This document shows, in pieces, positions 28,533-39,027 of a stretch of 64,000 bases of DNA. The translations under genes were made by a program, and so were the position numbers. Source of the DNA: Candidatus Aminicenantes bacterium (lineage in GTDB: Bacteria > Acidobacteriota > Aminicenantia > Aminicenantales > UBA8522). The number at the start of each line of letters is the position of its first letter. Position 1 is the first letter of the stretch. A model generated the notes under the pieces. It saw only the letters and a list, made by a program, of their open reading frames with translations. It did not search any database and was not told the DNA's origin. The stretch covers positions 16,540 to 80,539 of the forward strand of contig CAVXUH010000009.1 of NCBI GenBank assembly GCA_963764885.1. The letters are read 5' to 3'.

Positions 28533-30190
28533 ACCGCGCGGCGAAACCCGGCTCGTCCCAAAGCCTCCTGATATTGTCGAGCTGGGGTTCTCCATTCGCC
28601 TCGACCCGAACGTCATAATAACCGTTGGCCTTCAAGATCACCGACCGCGCCATGGCCGGGTTCTGCGGCGGTGCAAGAAACGTGATCTCCGCAGAATCGC
28701 CCTTCTTCGGCATGACATAGCAGCGGCCATCCGGGAGCGCGAGTTCGTCCCTGACGTCACGGCCAGTCTTGTCCACGGCTTTGCTGGGCGAGAGCTCGAT
28801 GGGGTTCAACGGAAGGTCCGTCGTGTAGTCGACGGCCAGGCTGTCCAGCAGCCAAAAGGTTGACGCGGGCGTGAGTTTGATCTTCAGCGTTTCGCCGGGG
28901 ACGTCGGCGATATCAAGGACGTAAGCCTTGTCTTTCGAGACGAACGGCCCGCCACCGTAAATCATCCCTTTGGTCTTCCAGCCGGTGTTGGTTTCAACGC
29001 GGACCTGGAGGAGATAAAGTCCCTCGGTGGAATACCAGTTCATAACCTTTTGGAAGGCCCGGCCGAAGCTGTTGACGGAGCCATACCAGTCCGGGAGTTC
29101 ACGGCCGTAGAACTCGAGGTACTTCTTAGCCATGAGAGAGCCCCACTGGGTCGTCCAGGCGTTGGCCACGAACTTGACCTGCTTGGCCCCTGGTGGCTTC
29201 TGGAACTCGAACATGAGCTCGTCCCGCAGGTCGGCGTCCCTGTCCGGGTCTTTATTCTCGGTCCGGGTTAGCCAGAAGACTTGGTCTTTTTTTGAAACCA
29301 GCGGCAGGATGTCCCGGCCATCCTGGTCGTAGGCCTGAAGAGGCGGGAGCGGCCGCGAAATCGTGTGGATCCGGCCGCCGGCATCAGGAATGACCTCCGT
29401 ATCATGAGGATGGTCGACGACGACGAGCTTCAGCTCATCGGTGTGCTCGGTTTCCTCGAGCTCGTTGGTCAGGAAGAGCCGGTATTGTCCGTTGACTTCC
29501 CGGAGATGATCGAGCCCGGACCATTCCGTCCTTTGGAGCGCCCGACAGATCGACCCGCCGTAGGGCTCGCCGTCCAGGTGGAAGTCTTCCCCATCGTAAG
29601 AATAGACGAACGGGCAGGATTCGCCGACGTCAGGGGTGCTCGGGGAAGATGTGACCCCGGCGCCGCCTGTGCTTCCCCACTCGGCCGCCCAAATCGCGCC
29701 CAAAACCACCACCGTCACCGCCGCAACGACCAGGATGTTGACAGCGGCTGTCGCTCCGGGATTGATTTTCCGTATCCAAACGAGATCCAGGTCGGAGACG
29801 GGGATAGCTGACCTTGTCCAAGCAAAACCCGCTGATCTTATCGCCCGTCACCACGGGCGATTTCAAATCGTAGGATTGGCCGTCATGCGTTGTCACTCCG
29901 AGGACTCTCCCGCTTCCGTCGGTTTGCCGGCCTTTAACCTGGTTCTTATCGAATTCCCGGTGGACCCAGATGTTCCCGACGACCGAACCCTGGTTGTACC
30001 AGCCCGGCCCCTCCCTGGCAAATTCGACCCGTTCTCCGGACCGCTTTTGAACAGCCATGATGGGTCCGCCGGTGTTGCCCCAGCTCACCTTGCTCGCCGG
30101 CACCATTTTCGTCGATTTAATCGGAACGCAGCCCCAGGTCAAAAGCAGAAACGCCCCGAGAGTGAAGATTGCGATGCTTTCTCTGACCAT
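28471..30190 (-). CDS. Hypothetical envelope protein: lipobox signal + ~130-aa domain + TM helix + ~390-aa domain of unknown function; one frame break
   Basis: ORF 29630..30190 starts MVRESIAIFTLGAFLLLTWGC (lipobox) and is protein-like up to ..DKISGFCLDKV. ORF 28471..29718 is open upstream in its own frame (AIPVSDLDLVWIRKINPGATAAVNILVVAAVTVVVLGAIW), so skipping one base at ~29809 joins them. No family recognised (SCPFVYSYDGEDFHLDGEPYGG...). Confidence 0.55.
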
Positions 30191-31395
30191 TTAAATCCTC
30201 CTTTCGTCTCGCTCTTCCCCCAGATGCCGGTAGATCTCAGAAGCCCACGCTTCGCCGGGCCGGCCGGCCGCCTCCGCACCCGGCAGCGGGCTGACGTGAT
30301 CCGCGACGCAAACCGGCGCCAGCCGTCCGTTCCGGACCGTGGCGTCCGGGCAGTGATAGCAGAAAACAAGCTGCCCGGTCTGCGGTTGGACCTCGGGCGG
30401 CGTCTGGATGACAATGTACTGAAACCGGATATCCCGTCCCGCGCGCGAGCCGCGCCAGACGCGGAAGGCTTCGCAGATTCTCTGCGGCGCCTGGATCGCC
30501 TCGAACAGCCCGGTCAGCATCAAACCCGGCCCGGCGACCCACGGGGGCCACTGCGTGGCGAACAGCTCCCGTCCCCGGAAAAGGCGGAAGGCTTTACGAA
30601 ATGTCCGGTCGAGGCGGGAGGAACACGGAAAAGTTTTTTTCGTCCGGGCATTGACGAAATAAAAATAGAAGAGCCATCTCGCGTCGGCGTCACTCAGGTT
30701 GGAGGGAATATAGGCGGTCGGCGGGAGTCCGAGCGTTTTAGCCAGGGATCTGCATTCGGCGGCAAGATCAGCCTTCTCGAACCCGGCCGCCAGCGAGTCG
30801 CGGGCGAGAACGGCCAAGATACCGTCGAAGTACCTGTACGCTGAAGCTGCCCGGAGAAGCTCGGGCATCTGTCCCTGATCGTCGTTATAGATCGTCAGGG
30901 AGAGAGAGAAGTGAAGTCTCCTCGCCTCGCACTTGGAGAAGAGGACCCGCCGAACCCCCTCCAGGTTCCCATGGATATGCTTCTGTCCAGAATCGACATG
31001 GAGGAGGATTCTGTCAAGGCCGCATCGGACAAGCCGGTCCAACGTTTCATCACCCCGGTCCTCAAGCAAGACGAGCCCGTTGGTGAGAAGCTGACAGAAG
31101 AGCCCGCGGCTCTTGACATAGGCGATGACATACTCGAGATCGGCATACAAGGGTGGGCTCTCCCCCAGGATGGTGATCGCCTGGAGGTTCCTCTTCCGGC
31201 GCGCCAGGTCGATCTCCTCTTTGACTTGGTCGCAGGGTTTGACGGAGGTCTTGTCCAGGGTGTAGCAGGATCGGCAGTTGAGGTTACAGGTCCTGTTGGT
31301 CTCGATCGTGGCGTGGGGAACTTCCCGGGGAGGATACTTCAGGGGACTATAGCGCCCAGGCGAACGCCCAGCTGATCGATGTGCCCGATGTTCAT
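30191..31395 (-). CDS. Radical SAM protein (single CxxxCxxC cluster, Cys-rich C-terminal region); one frame break
   Basis: TNRTCNLNCRSCY cluster motif, ITILGESPPLYADLEYVIAYVK..LLTNG, and C-terminal FCYHCPDATVRNGRLAPVC. The frame of ORF 30191..31150 is open upstream but has no start codon. ATG 31395 (MNIGHIDQLGVRLGAIVP) joins it if one base is added in the G4 run at 31342..31345. Confidence 0.75.
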
Positions 31396-31454
31396 GGACG
31401 AGGACTCCGTGCGTCGGTCTGAATCCCCTCCATCCGACCCCAGAGTATGCCCCC

Positions 31455-31484
31455 TTAATAAGAGAGTTGTTAAGAATCTGTCAA
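31455..31484 (-). promoter_or_regulatory. Sigma70-type promoter of the radical SAM/lipoprotein operon (TTGACA-18-TATTAA)
   Basis: Reverse complement reads aaatgTTGACAgattcttaacaactctctTATTAAggg. GGAG RBS before ATG 31395. Confidence 0.45.
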
Positions 31485-31599
31485 CATTTTGAAAAGATTC
31501 CGCACGCGGCCGGGTTCGCCGATCCGTCGGCGGGCGATTTGGGGGTGGTACTCGACGAACGATCGCTGCGGGGAGATCTGGGCGTCAGGCCCCGGGGAT

Positions 31600-33369
31600 C
31601 TATTTCAGCCCGGCGGCCATCCTCTCGCTGTCCCGCCGGATCTCGTAGGGGAGATGCTGGCCGAACCGGTCGAGGAAAGCGCGGATCTCCTGGAGCTCCT
31701 CGTCCCACTCGCCGGGCCGGACTTCGAACAGCTTCTGGAGGTTCGCCCGGGGGATGTCCAAACCTTCGGTGGGGAAGCTCGACGGGTCGGGCACAAGACC
31801 GAAGGGCGTTTGCCGGGCACCGGCCCGGCCGTTCACCCGGTCGATGATCCACTTGAGGATGCGGATGTTCTCGCCGAACCCGGGCCACAGGAATTGGCCG
31901 TTCTCGTCCTGCCGGAAGGCGTTCATGGCATAGATGCGCGGCGCGCGCGAAGCCAGCCGGCCGACGTTTGTCCAGTGGCGGAAGTAGTCGCCCATGTTGT
32001 AACCGCAGAAGGGCAGCATGGCCATCGGGTCTCGCCGCAGGACGCCCATCTTGCCGGCCGCCGCCGCCGTCGTCTCCGAGCCCATCCGCGCCCCCATGAA
32101 GACGCCGTGCTCCCAGTTGAAGGCTTCGGTGATGAGCGGGATGAGCTTCGACCTCCGCCCGCCCAGGATGATGGCCGAGATGGGGACACCCTGGGGATTG
32201 TCGGACTCGGGCGACAGGGTCGGACAATTGCTGAGCGAGACCGTAAAACGGGAATTCGGGTGGGCCGCCTTCGTTCCCTTGGAGGCGTCCCATGGCTGGC
32301 CCTGCCAGTCCACCATGTGCTCCGGGACCGGCCCGTCCAGGCCTTCCCACCAGGGCCCGTTGGTGTCCAGATTCAGTCCGACGTTGGTGAAGATGGTCGG
32401 GTAATAATTTGTGCCCTTGAGCGTCCGGATCATGTTCGGATTGGTCTTCATCGAGGTCCCGGGCGCCACGCCGAAGAACCCGCTCTCCGGGTTGATGGCA
32501 TAGAGCCTGCCGTCGGGCCCGATGTTCAGCCAGGCGATGTCGTCGCCGATCGTCCAGACGCGGTATTCGGGCAGGGCCGACTCGAGCATGGCCAGGTTCG
32601 TTTTGCCGCAGGCCGAGGGCATGGCCGCGGTGATGTAGGTGACCTGGCCGCGGATGTCCTCGACGCCGATGATGACCATGTGTTCGGCCAGCCAGCCCTG
32701 GCGGTAGCCCAGCCAGGAGGCGATCCGCAGCGAGAAGCACTTCTTGCCCAGCAGGGCGTTGCCGCCGTAGCCGGACCCGATGCTCCAGACGAGGCCTTCC
32801 TCGGGGAAGTGCATGATGTAGCGCTTGTTCGGGTCGAAATCGCCGACCGAGTGGACGCCCTTGACGAAGTTGTCGTTCTTGCCGATCTTGTCGACGATGC
32901 GCTTGCCCATCCGCGTCATGATCCGCATGCTGATGGCCACGTAGGAGACGTCGGTGACCTGGACGCAGGCCTTGGCGTAGGGCGAGTCGGGGTGGCCCAT
33001 CATGTACGGCAGGACGTACATGGTCTTGCCGCGCATCGCCCCCCTGGAGATCCTGGTGAGAAGCTCCTTGGCTTCCTTCGGGTGCATCCAGTTGTTGTTG
33101 GGGCCGGTGGCCTCGCGGTCGTTGTGGCAGACGAAGGTGAGGTGCTCGGTGCGGGCGACGTCGGTCGGGTGGCTCCGGTGGAGGTAGGACTTGGGCCAGA
33201 TCTTCTGGTTGAGCTCGCGGAAGATATCGTTCCGGCCGATCTTCTCCTCGCGCATGCCCATCTCGATGAGCCGGCGGGCTTCCCCCTCGGACCCGTCGCA
33301 CCAGTAGATGTGCTTGGGTTCGAACAGGCGGGCCTGCTCGTCGACCCATTTTTCAAGCGGCGTGGACAT
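31600..33369 (-). CDS. pckG: Phosphoenolpyruvate carboxykinase (GTP)
   Basis: 589-aa intact ORF. HIYWCDGSEGE, RSHPTDVARTE, FPSACGKTN-like P-loop (MPSACGKTNLAML), WIGDDIAW-like (TIGDDIAWL) and NPNSRFT motifs of GTP-PEPCK. Confidence 0.92.
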   Translation of the reverse strand: MSTPLEKWVDEQARLFEPKHIYWCDGSEGEARRLIEMGMREEKIGRNDIFRELNQKIWPKSYLHRSHPTDVARTEHLTFVCHNDREATGPNNNWMHPKEAKELLTRISRGAMRGKTMYVLPYMMGHPDSPYAKACVQVTDVSYVAISMRIMTRMGKRIVDKIGKNDNFVKGVHSVGDFDPNKRYIMHFPEEGLVWSIGSGYGGNALLGKKCFSLRIASWLGYRQGWLAEHMVIIGVEDIRGQVTYITAAMPSACGKTNLAMLESALPEYRVWTIGDDIAWLNIGPDGRLYAINPESGFFGVAPGTSMKTNPNMIRTLKGTNYYPTIFTNVGLNLDTNGPWWEGLDGPVPEHMVDWQGQPWDASKGTKAAHPNSRFTVSLSNCPTLSPESDNPQGVPISAIILGGRRSKLIPLITEAFNWEHGVFMGARMGSETTAAAAGKMGVLRRDPMAMLPFCGYNMGDYFRHWTNVGRLASRAPRIYAMNAFRQDENGQFLWPGFGENIRILKWIIDRVNGRAGARQTPFGLVPDPSSFPTEGLDIPRANLQKLFEVRPGEWDEELQEIRAFLDRFGQHLPYEIRRDSERMAAGLK

Positions 33370-33422
33370 GAACGTTTACCCCGAACGAGCCATCATTCTA
33401 ACAGAAATGTGCCCGATTTAGG

Positions 33423-35780
33423 TTATTCAAAGGCGAGGCGCTCGAGATAGGCGGCGGTCTTGAAGTTTTCGGTGAAGGCCATGGGCATGGCGTACTTGAA
33501 CTCGAGCCGGACGATATCGCCCCGGCCGTTGAATAGCGGCGGCTCAATTTTGATCAGGACGCGGTTTTTTCCGAAGGCGAGGGTGCGCTCGCCCAGGCTT
33601 CGGCCGTTGATGAAGATGGCGACCGTCTGGGCGAAATCGCCGTACCAGAAAGGATCCTGAAAATCGAAGGGCGAGTAAAGATCGAGGGCCAGGGTCGCCC
33701 CCTTGTCCAGCGGCGCGTTGACCTCGAGCCGGGCGGCCTTCCGGCAGGCAAACATGGGCCGGCCGTCCACATCCCTTTGAGGACCGATCCCGTCGAGGAA
33801 TTCGTAGGCCGGGCGCGGTTGGGAGAGCTCGGCCGGGCCGATCGCCAACTCTGTTTCCCGAGCCGGCCCCAGCCGGAAGCCGGCGTAGCTGAACCCGAAC
33901 CTCAGTTTGACCGTGTCCTTCAAGGGGAACGGCATTCTCGCGGTGAACGAGCCCCGCTCCCACAGGGGGAAAGACCGGAGGCAGTAGCCGGGGACCTCGG
34001 CGCTGAACCCGAGCCCCGGCGACGGCCCGACGTCCTCTCTGACGAGCTCCAGGCTGAGCTCCCCGTTGCTCATGCTGACCCTTGACAGACGGACGTCCGG
34101 CAGCTTTTCGGGGGGGTCGGCCAGAAAGACGCGGGGAAAAACATCCTGGCTGATGCGATAGACAAGCGTGAATTCACCGGCATCCTGCCTCTCATAGGCG
34201 ACCCGCGCGCGATCGAGGATGTCGGGAAGGATCGAAGCGTAGATCGCCATGACGTCGCGATGTTTCGAGATGACCCAGTTGTTCCTGCCTCCGCTCCAGT
34301 AGCGCAGCTCATAAGGGTAGTACCGCTTGACGTCCTTGGAAGCGACGATGAGCTTCTCGCCGGACAACGAGGTCAGGAGGTAGGCGGTCCAGAAATCGCT
34401 GATCCAGAGTTTTTCGCCGGTCTCCGTCATGGCGGCAACGGCCCTCGACAGAGATTCGTGCTTGGCCTGGATGTCCCCGTAGAGCGCACGGCTCGCTCCC
34501 GCCTGGCTGAGCGCGAACATCAGCAGGAAGAAGGCGGCCGCCGCCGGAGAGCGGAGCTTCGGCTTCAGCCACAGGAACGGTGCGGCCAGAAGAACCGGCA
34601 GGGCTATGAAGAGGATGAACAGATAGCGGATGACCTCGGTGCCGCTCGACCGCGAGAGGAGATAGATGCCCATGAAGGCCGCGAAATAGGCCGGAAAAAA
34701 AAGAGACGCTCGCGGCGTTTTCCGCCGGACCGCAAGCACGACTATGGTCAGAATCCCGGCGGCCAGAACTCCGAGATAAACCAGGGACGCCGCCGGCGGG
34801 CCGGCGGAAATCAAGGCGACGAGAAGCCGCCGGGCGCGGTCGAGCCTTCCCCCGGCGACCGGGTCGGTTGACTGGCCCAGGAAAATGACCCGGACGATCG
34901 GAAAGCCGCGGGCGAATTCGTTGAGGACCAGGGGGAAACAGCCGATCAAGAAATAGATCCCCAGCTCCAGGTATCTCTTGATGTCGGCCTTGAACTTATA
35001 GACCAGGAACGGGGCCACGGCCGCGCAAAAAATGACACTGATCTGGTGGCTCCAGAAGACCAGCCCCAGGACGAAGCCGAGAGCCCCCAGCCATTTCAAC
35101 TTATCCTCGTAGACGATGCCGGCCGCAAGATAAAAGGCCAGGCTCCCGAGCAGGAGCACGACCGGAAAGCCCGAGCCCAGGTCGAGCGAGGCGCTGATGA
35201 GATTTGTCCAGGGAAGGACATAGAACACGCCGGCGGCGCAGGCGAACCCGAACGAAAACGCCTTCTTGAGCAGGAAGAACTGCACGCCGAGAAAAAGGAG
35301 AAAGGCCAGGAGAGCCGAGAGCTTGGCCAGGAATATGGAATAGCCAAACAGCTTAAAGAAGGCCGCCATGTAGTGCTGGGGAAAGCTGCCCTGGAAAAAG
35401 GCGCCGTAGAAATAGAGCGGCGGCCGCCGGCCTTCGGCGATGTGTTTGCCCATAAGAGCGGGGATGGCCTCATCGCTATCCATCAGCCCGAAACTGTGGA
35501 CGAGGAGGGGGATGTGGACGAGCGTCACGAGGACCAAGATGATCGCGAGCGCCGTCGCATCCCGTCTCCAGTCCGGGGGCGGGGAGAGCCGGCCCGGCCT
35601 CGATCCGCGGACCCACCGGAGGATGGTGATCGCCGCCAGGGGGATGAGCGCCCAGAGAGGGGAAAGGGGGATCGATCTCCAGGCCGAGAAATTATCCTTG
35701 AACCACAGGAAAACGAAGGCGAGGTAAAAGACCGCCTGGAGGACCCGGAGGACGCGCGCGGAAAGCCACCTAGAAATCAT
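33423..35780 (-). CDS. Polytopic C-type glycosyltransferase (ArnT/PMT-like, GT39/GT83-like) with a large C-terminal extracytoplasmic domain
   Basis: 785-aa intact ORF. The N-terminal ~450 aa has >=10 TM helices and an early loop motif (GLMDSDEAIPALMGKHI) like dolichyl/undecaprenyl-phosphate-sugar-dependent transferases. The C-terminal ~330 aa is soluble. Confidence 0.65.
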   Translation of the reverse strand: MISRWLSARVLRVLQAVFYLAFVFLWFKDNFSAWRSIPLSPLWALIPLAAITILRWVRGSRPGRLSPPPDWRRDATALAIILVLVTLVHIPLLVHSFGLMDSDEAIPALMGKHIAEGRRPPLYFYGAFFQGSFPQHYMAAFFKLFGYSIFLAKLSALLAFLLFLGVQFFLLKKAFSFGFACAAGVFYVLPWTNLISASLDLGSGFPVVLLLGSLAFYLAAGIVYEDKLKWLGALGFVLGLVFWSHQISVIFCAAVAPFLVYKFKADIKRYLELGIYFLIGCFPLVLNEFARGFPIVRVIFLGQSTDPVAGGRLDRARRLLVALISAGPPAASLVYLGVLAAGILTIVVLAVRRKTPRASLFFPAYFAAFMGIYLLSRSSGTEVIRYLFILFIALPVLLAAPFLWLKPKLRSPAAAAFFLLMFALSQAGASRALYGDIQAKHESLSRAVAAMTETGEKLWISDFWTAYLLTSLSGEKLIVASKDVKRYYPYELRYWSGGRNNWVISKHRDVMAIYASILPDILDRARVAYERQDAGEFTLVYRISQDVFPRVFLADPPEKLPDVRLSRVSMSNGELSLELVREDVGPSPGLGFSAEVPGYCLRSFPLWERGSFTARMPFPLKDTVKLRFGFSYAGFRLGPARETELAIGPAELSQPRPAYEFLDGIGPQRDVDGRPMFACRKAARLEVNAPLDKGATLALDLYSPFDFQDPFWYGDFAQTVAIFINGRSLGERTLAFGKNRVLIKIEPPLFNGRGDIVRLEFKYAMPMAFTENFKTAAYLERLAFE

Positions 35781-36501
35781 AGAAGCCCTTCCGCAGGTTC
35801 CTCCGGATGGCCCGCATCCCCTGGAGCTCTTCCCGGCTGTCCCGGAGAAGGTGGACCGAGGTCTCGTACTCCTCGAAGTTCTCCTGCCAGTCGATGGGCA
35901 TCTCCAGGATAGGGAGCCCGTTCCGCCGGGCGATAACCAGGATCTCGAGGTCCCACGACCAGCGATCCAGGCGGCTGAGGCGGTTGAGCCGGTCGAACTC
36001 CGGCTGGCGGAAACCCTTGAACCCCATGTCGGGGTCGGAGACGTTCAAGCCGGGGAAAAAACGGCGTACGGTCAGCCGGTGGGCTTTCCCGACGAGGCTC
36101 CGCCGCCACAGCCTCTCCGTCCGGGACGCGGGATGAAAGCGGGAGCCGATGACGACCGGCGCCTCCGCCAGCCGCTCGGCCATTGCCAGGACCCGGTCGA
36201 GCCGCGAGGTCCTGGGGAAATCGAGGTCGGAGTAGATGATGATGCCTTCCGGACAGCTTCCGGACGCGAATTTGACGGCGCCCCCCCGTCCGCGGTTGAC
36301 AGGGTAGCCGACGGCCCTCACCCGCGTCCGGGCCGCGGCGACGGCTGCCGCCGCGGCGGCCGTGCCGTCCCGGCTGCCGTCGTCGCAGACGACGATCTCG
36401 TAAGGTTCGCGGTACTCGGCACCAAGGTAGTTATCCAAGGCCTGGACATTTCCGGCGAGCGCCTGTTCGGCGTTATAGACTGGGACGATGTAGTGGAGCA
36501 C
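35770..36501 (-). CDS. GT2 glycosyltransferase (polyprenyl-phosphate sugar synthase-like, ArnC/Dpm1 type)
   Basis: VPVYNAE...EIVVCDDGSRDGT...DLDF motifs. Overlaps the downstream GT gene by 11 nt. Confidence 0.8.
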   Translation of the reverse strand: MLHYIVPVYNAEQALAGNVQALDNYLGAEYREPYEIVVCDDGSRDGTAAAAAAVAAARTRVRAVGYPVNRGRGGAVKFASGSCPEGIIIYSDLDFPRTSRLDRVLAMAERLAEAPVVIGSRFHPASRTERLWRRSLVGKAHRLTVRRFFPGLNVSDPDMGFKGFRQPEFDRLNRLSRLDRWSWDLEILVIARRNGLPILEMPIDWQENFEEYETSVHLLRDSREELQGMRAIRRNLRKGFYDF

Positions 36502-36523
36502 GGCCGCGGCTATCGAATCCCGG

Positions 36524-37444
36524 TCAGCACCAGTATTCCTCGTTTTTCTGGTCCTCGCCCAGGGATTTCCACCACTGGGCGCACAGGGCGATGCCGTCGG
36601 CCAGCGAAGTCCGGGGCACCCAGCCGAGCTCGTTCTCCGCCAGCCAGTTGTGCACGCGCTTGATCTTCGGCTCGACGCGGGCCTGGGGAATGTAGTCGAT
36701 CTTGGCGGGGAAGTGCTTGACGACCTCCTTGGCGATCTCCTCGATCGTGACGGGCCGCCGCCCCGTCAGGTTGTAGATCTTGTTCTCCGCCTTGGGCAGG
36801 AGCGCGTGGACGTGTCCCTCGACGAGGTCGCCGACATAGAGAAACTCTCGGAACTGCTTGCCGTCTCCCATGATGCTGATGATTCCCGCCCGTTCGGCCA
36901 TCTCCATGAAGGCCCGGACGACCAGGCCCTTCCACATGCGTTCTCCGTAGGGAATGCCGTAGCGGAGGACCGTGTACTGCGGTCCCCTGTATTCGCTCTG
37001 GAAGGCGAAGCAGAGGAGCTCCTGGCTGATCTTGCTCGCCCCGTAAACGGTGTTGATGTCCTCGAGGTGGAACGGGCTTTTCTCGTTGACGATCTCTCCC
37101 TCCTGGGCGCCCGAAACCCAGGAGCTCGAGGCGACGAGCACCCGGCCGACGTTGGCCTTGAGGGCGGCGCTCAGGACGTTGAGCGTACCCTTGACATTGG
37201 TTTCGTAGCACAGCCCGGGGTCGTCCGAGGACTTGCGCGCGTTGGCCAGGGCCGCCAGGTGGAAGACGACGTCGCATTGGGCGAAGGCCGCCCCCGGGTC
37301 TTCGCGGATGTCCTTCTGGAACCACTCGACATCCTGAACGGGCCGCCTCAGGTCGAGGACGGAGATGTTGTGCCCCTCCGACATCAGCTTCCCGACGAGA
37401 TGGCTGCCGATGAAGCCGGACCCGCCGGTCACGAGAATTCTCAC
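36524..37444 (-). CDS. NAD-dependent nucleotide-sugar epimerase/dehydratase (SDR-extended)
   Basis: MRILVTGGSGFIGSHL Rossmann motif and YGASK catalytic YxxxK. Intact 306 aa. Confidence 0.85.
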   Translation of the reverse strand: MRILVTGGSGFIGSHLVGKLMSEGHNISVLDLRRPVQDVEWFQKDIREDPGAAFAQCDVVFHLAALANARKSSDDPGLCYETNVKGTLNVLSAALKANVGRVLVASSSWVSGAQEGEIVNEKSPFHLEDINTVYGASKISQELLCFAFQSEYRGPQYTVLRYGIPYGERMWKGLVVRAFMEMAERAGIISIMGDGKQFREFLYVGDLVEGHVHALLPKAENKIYNLTGRRPVTIEEIAKEVVKHFPAKIDYIPQARVEPKIKRVHNWLAENELGWVPRTSLADGIALCAQWWKSLGEDQKNEEYWC

Positions 37445-37501
37445 CTTGCGACCTCCATATCGAGGATAGCGGCGATTATACCCAAAACCGGGCCCCGCTG
37501 G

Positions 37502-38977
37502 CTATCGCGTCCTCATAAAAAAATCCGGGCTCGGCAGGAATCTTTTCAGCCTGTAAACAAAGTCGATAACGCCCTCGCGGACGACCCGGAGGGGCGGCGG
37601 CAGCCGATGGGTCGCCGCCGGCAGGAGCTGGTACAGGAACCTCAGGCCGTGGACGAGCCAGTGGAGCCGCCGCGGCAGCCGGACGTAATAATCGAAGAAC
37701 CCCTGGTAGCCGAAAAGCGTCCGGGCGGAGATCGTCGGGTGCCGGATCGAGACATAAGTGTAATAGACTTCGGAGTCGTCGATCGGATGTTCGAGCCAGC
37801 CGTCGGCCAGGCACTTCTCGCCCAGGGCCGTTCCTTTGAAGGGCATGTAGACCGTGCACATGATCCGGTCGGGCTGAATGGCCGCGTTCAGGCCGATCGT
37901 CTCCCGGATCGTGGCCAGCGTTTCTCCGGGCAGGCCGATCATGTTGAAGCTCCCGGTCCGAATGCCGAACCGGCGCGCCAGCCTGAAAGCCCGGACGATC
38001 TGCTCGTTGGACATATTGCGGCGGAGGACCTCGTTCCGGACGCGAGGGTTGCCGGCCTCGATGGCCATGTTGATAAAATCGCAGCCGGCGTCCCGCAGCC
38101 GGCGCACCGTCGTCTCGTCGACCAGGTCCGGCCGGGTCTGGCAGAGGAAGGGCAGGCTGTATCGCCTGGGGTATTCGCGGCAGAATTCCTCCAGCCGCTT
38201 GGCGTTGAGGGTGAACGATTCGTCGGAAAAGGACAATCGGGAGGGCCGGAACTTTCGGACGACGTCGTCGATCTCGGCGAAGAGATTGTCCAGGCCCCGG
38301 TACCTGACGAAGGGCCCCTGGCCGCGGTAGAGGTCCATCAGGAACTCGTTCTGGCAGTATGCGCAAGGAAACGGACAGCCGCGGGACGACAGGATGTTGA
38401 TCCCGTAGAGCTCGGCCTGGAGCCGCTCGGGGGGGAGGGCGTCCCGGTCGGGAAAGGGCAGAGCATCGACCTCCCGGACGAGCGGCCGGACGGGGTTCCT
38501 GAAGACTCGTTCCCCCGACTTGACCCACAGCCCGGGGAGGGCGCTCCAGTCACGGCCGTCGTCGAGGGCGGCCAGGAGCTCGGTCATCGTCTCCTCGCCC
38601 TCGCCGATGCAGATCGCGTCGACGGCGTCCTCGCGGATGGTCTCCTCGGGCGCGATGGTCGGGTGGATGCCGCCGAAAAGGACGAGCACCCCCGGCCGTA
38701 GGCGCTTGACGCTCTCGGCGAGGATGAGGGCGATCCTCATATTGACCGACATCACGGAGAACCCGACCACGTCGGGCTGGAAGGCGGCCAGCGCCCGCTC
38801 GAAGGCCTGCCTCATGACCCGGTAGGGATCGCCCCACAGGGGGCGCTTCCTGAATGGCGTGATCTCGAAGAGGAGCGAGGCGTGGCCGGCGGCCTTGACG
38901 GCGGCGGAGATATAGAGGATGTTCAGGGGCTGTTCGCGGACGATATAGCCCGGGTAAACAAGGAGGACTTTCTTCAC
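37502..38977 (-). CDS. B12-binding-domain radical SAM protein
   Basis: Cobalamin-binding-like N-terminus (DVVGFSVMSVN..VLVLFGGIHPT) and SRGCPFPCAYC cluster motif. Intact 491 aa. Confidence 0.8.
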   Translation of the reverse strand: MKKVLLVYPGYIVREQPLNILYISAAVKAAGHASLLFEITPFRKRPLWGDPYRVMRQAFERALAAFQPDVVGFSVMSVNMRIALILAESVKRLRPGVLVLFGGIHPTIAPEETIREDAVDAICIGEGEETMTELLAALDDGRDWSALPGLWVKSGERVFRNPVRPLVREVDALPFPDRDALPPERLQAELYGINILSSRGCPFPCAYCQNEFLMDLYRGQGPFVRYRGLDNLFAEIDDVVRKFRPSRLSFSDESFTLNAKRLEEFCREYPRRYSLPFLCQTRPDLVDETTVRRLRDAGCDFINMAIEAGNPRVRNEVLRRNMSNEQIVRAFRLARRFGIRTGSFNMIGLPGETLATIRETIGLNAAIQPDRIMCTVYMPFKGTALGEKCLADGWLEHPIDDSEVYYTYVSIRHPTISARTLFGYQGFFDYYVRLPRRLHWLVHGLRFLYQLLPAATHRLPPPLRVVREGVIDFVYRLKRFLPSPDFFMRTR

Positions 38978-39027
38978 GTCAACGCAGAATTATAGGGAGA
39001 ATCCGGCCTCCTGGCAAGGTTTCCGGG

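Noticed and set aside
31481-33450. 622-aa (-) and 653-aa (+) ORFs overlapping the PEPCK gene
   Set aside because: The 589-aa frame (31600..33369) carries all the GTP-PEPCK motifs. The other two are Arg/Pro/Gly-rich alternative-frame or antisense artefacts.
36650-38701. 683-aa plus-strand ORF
   Set aside because: Antisense to the epimerase and B12-rSAM genes. No motifs, and shadow-ORF composition.
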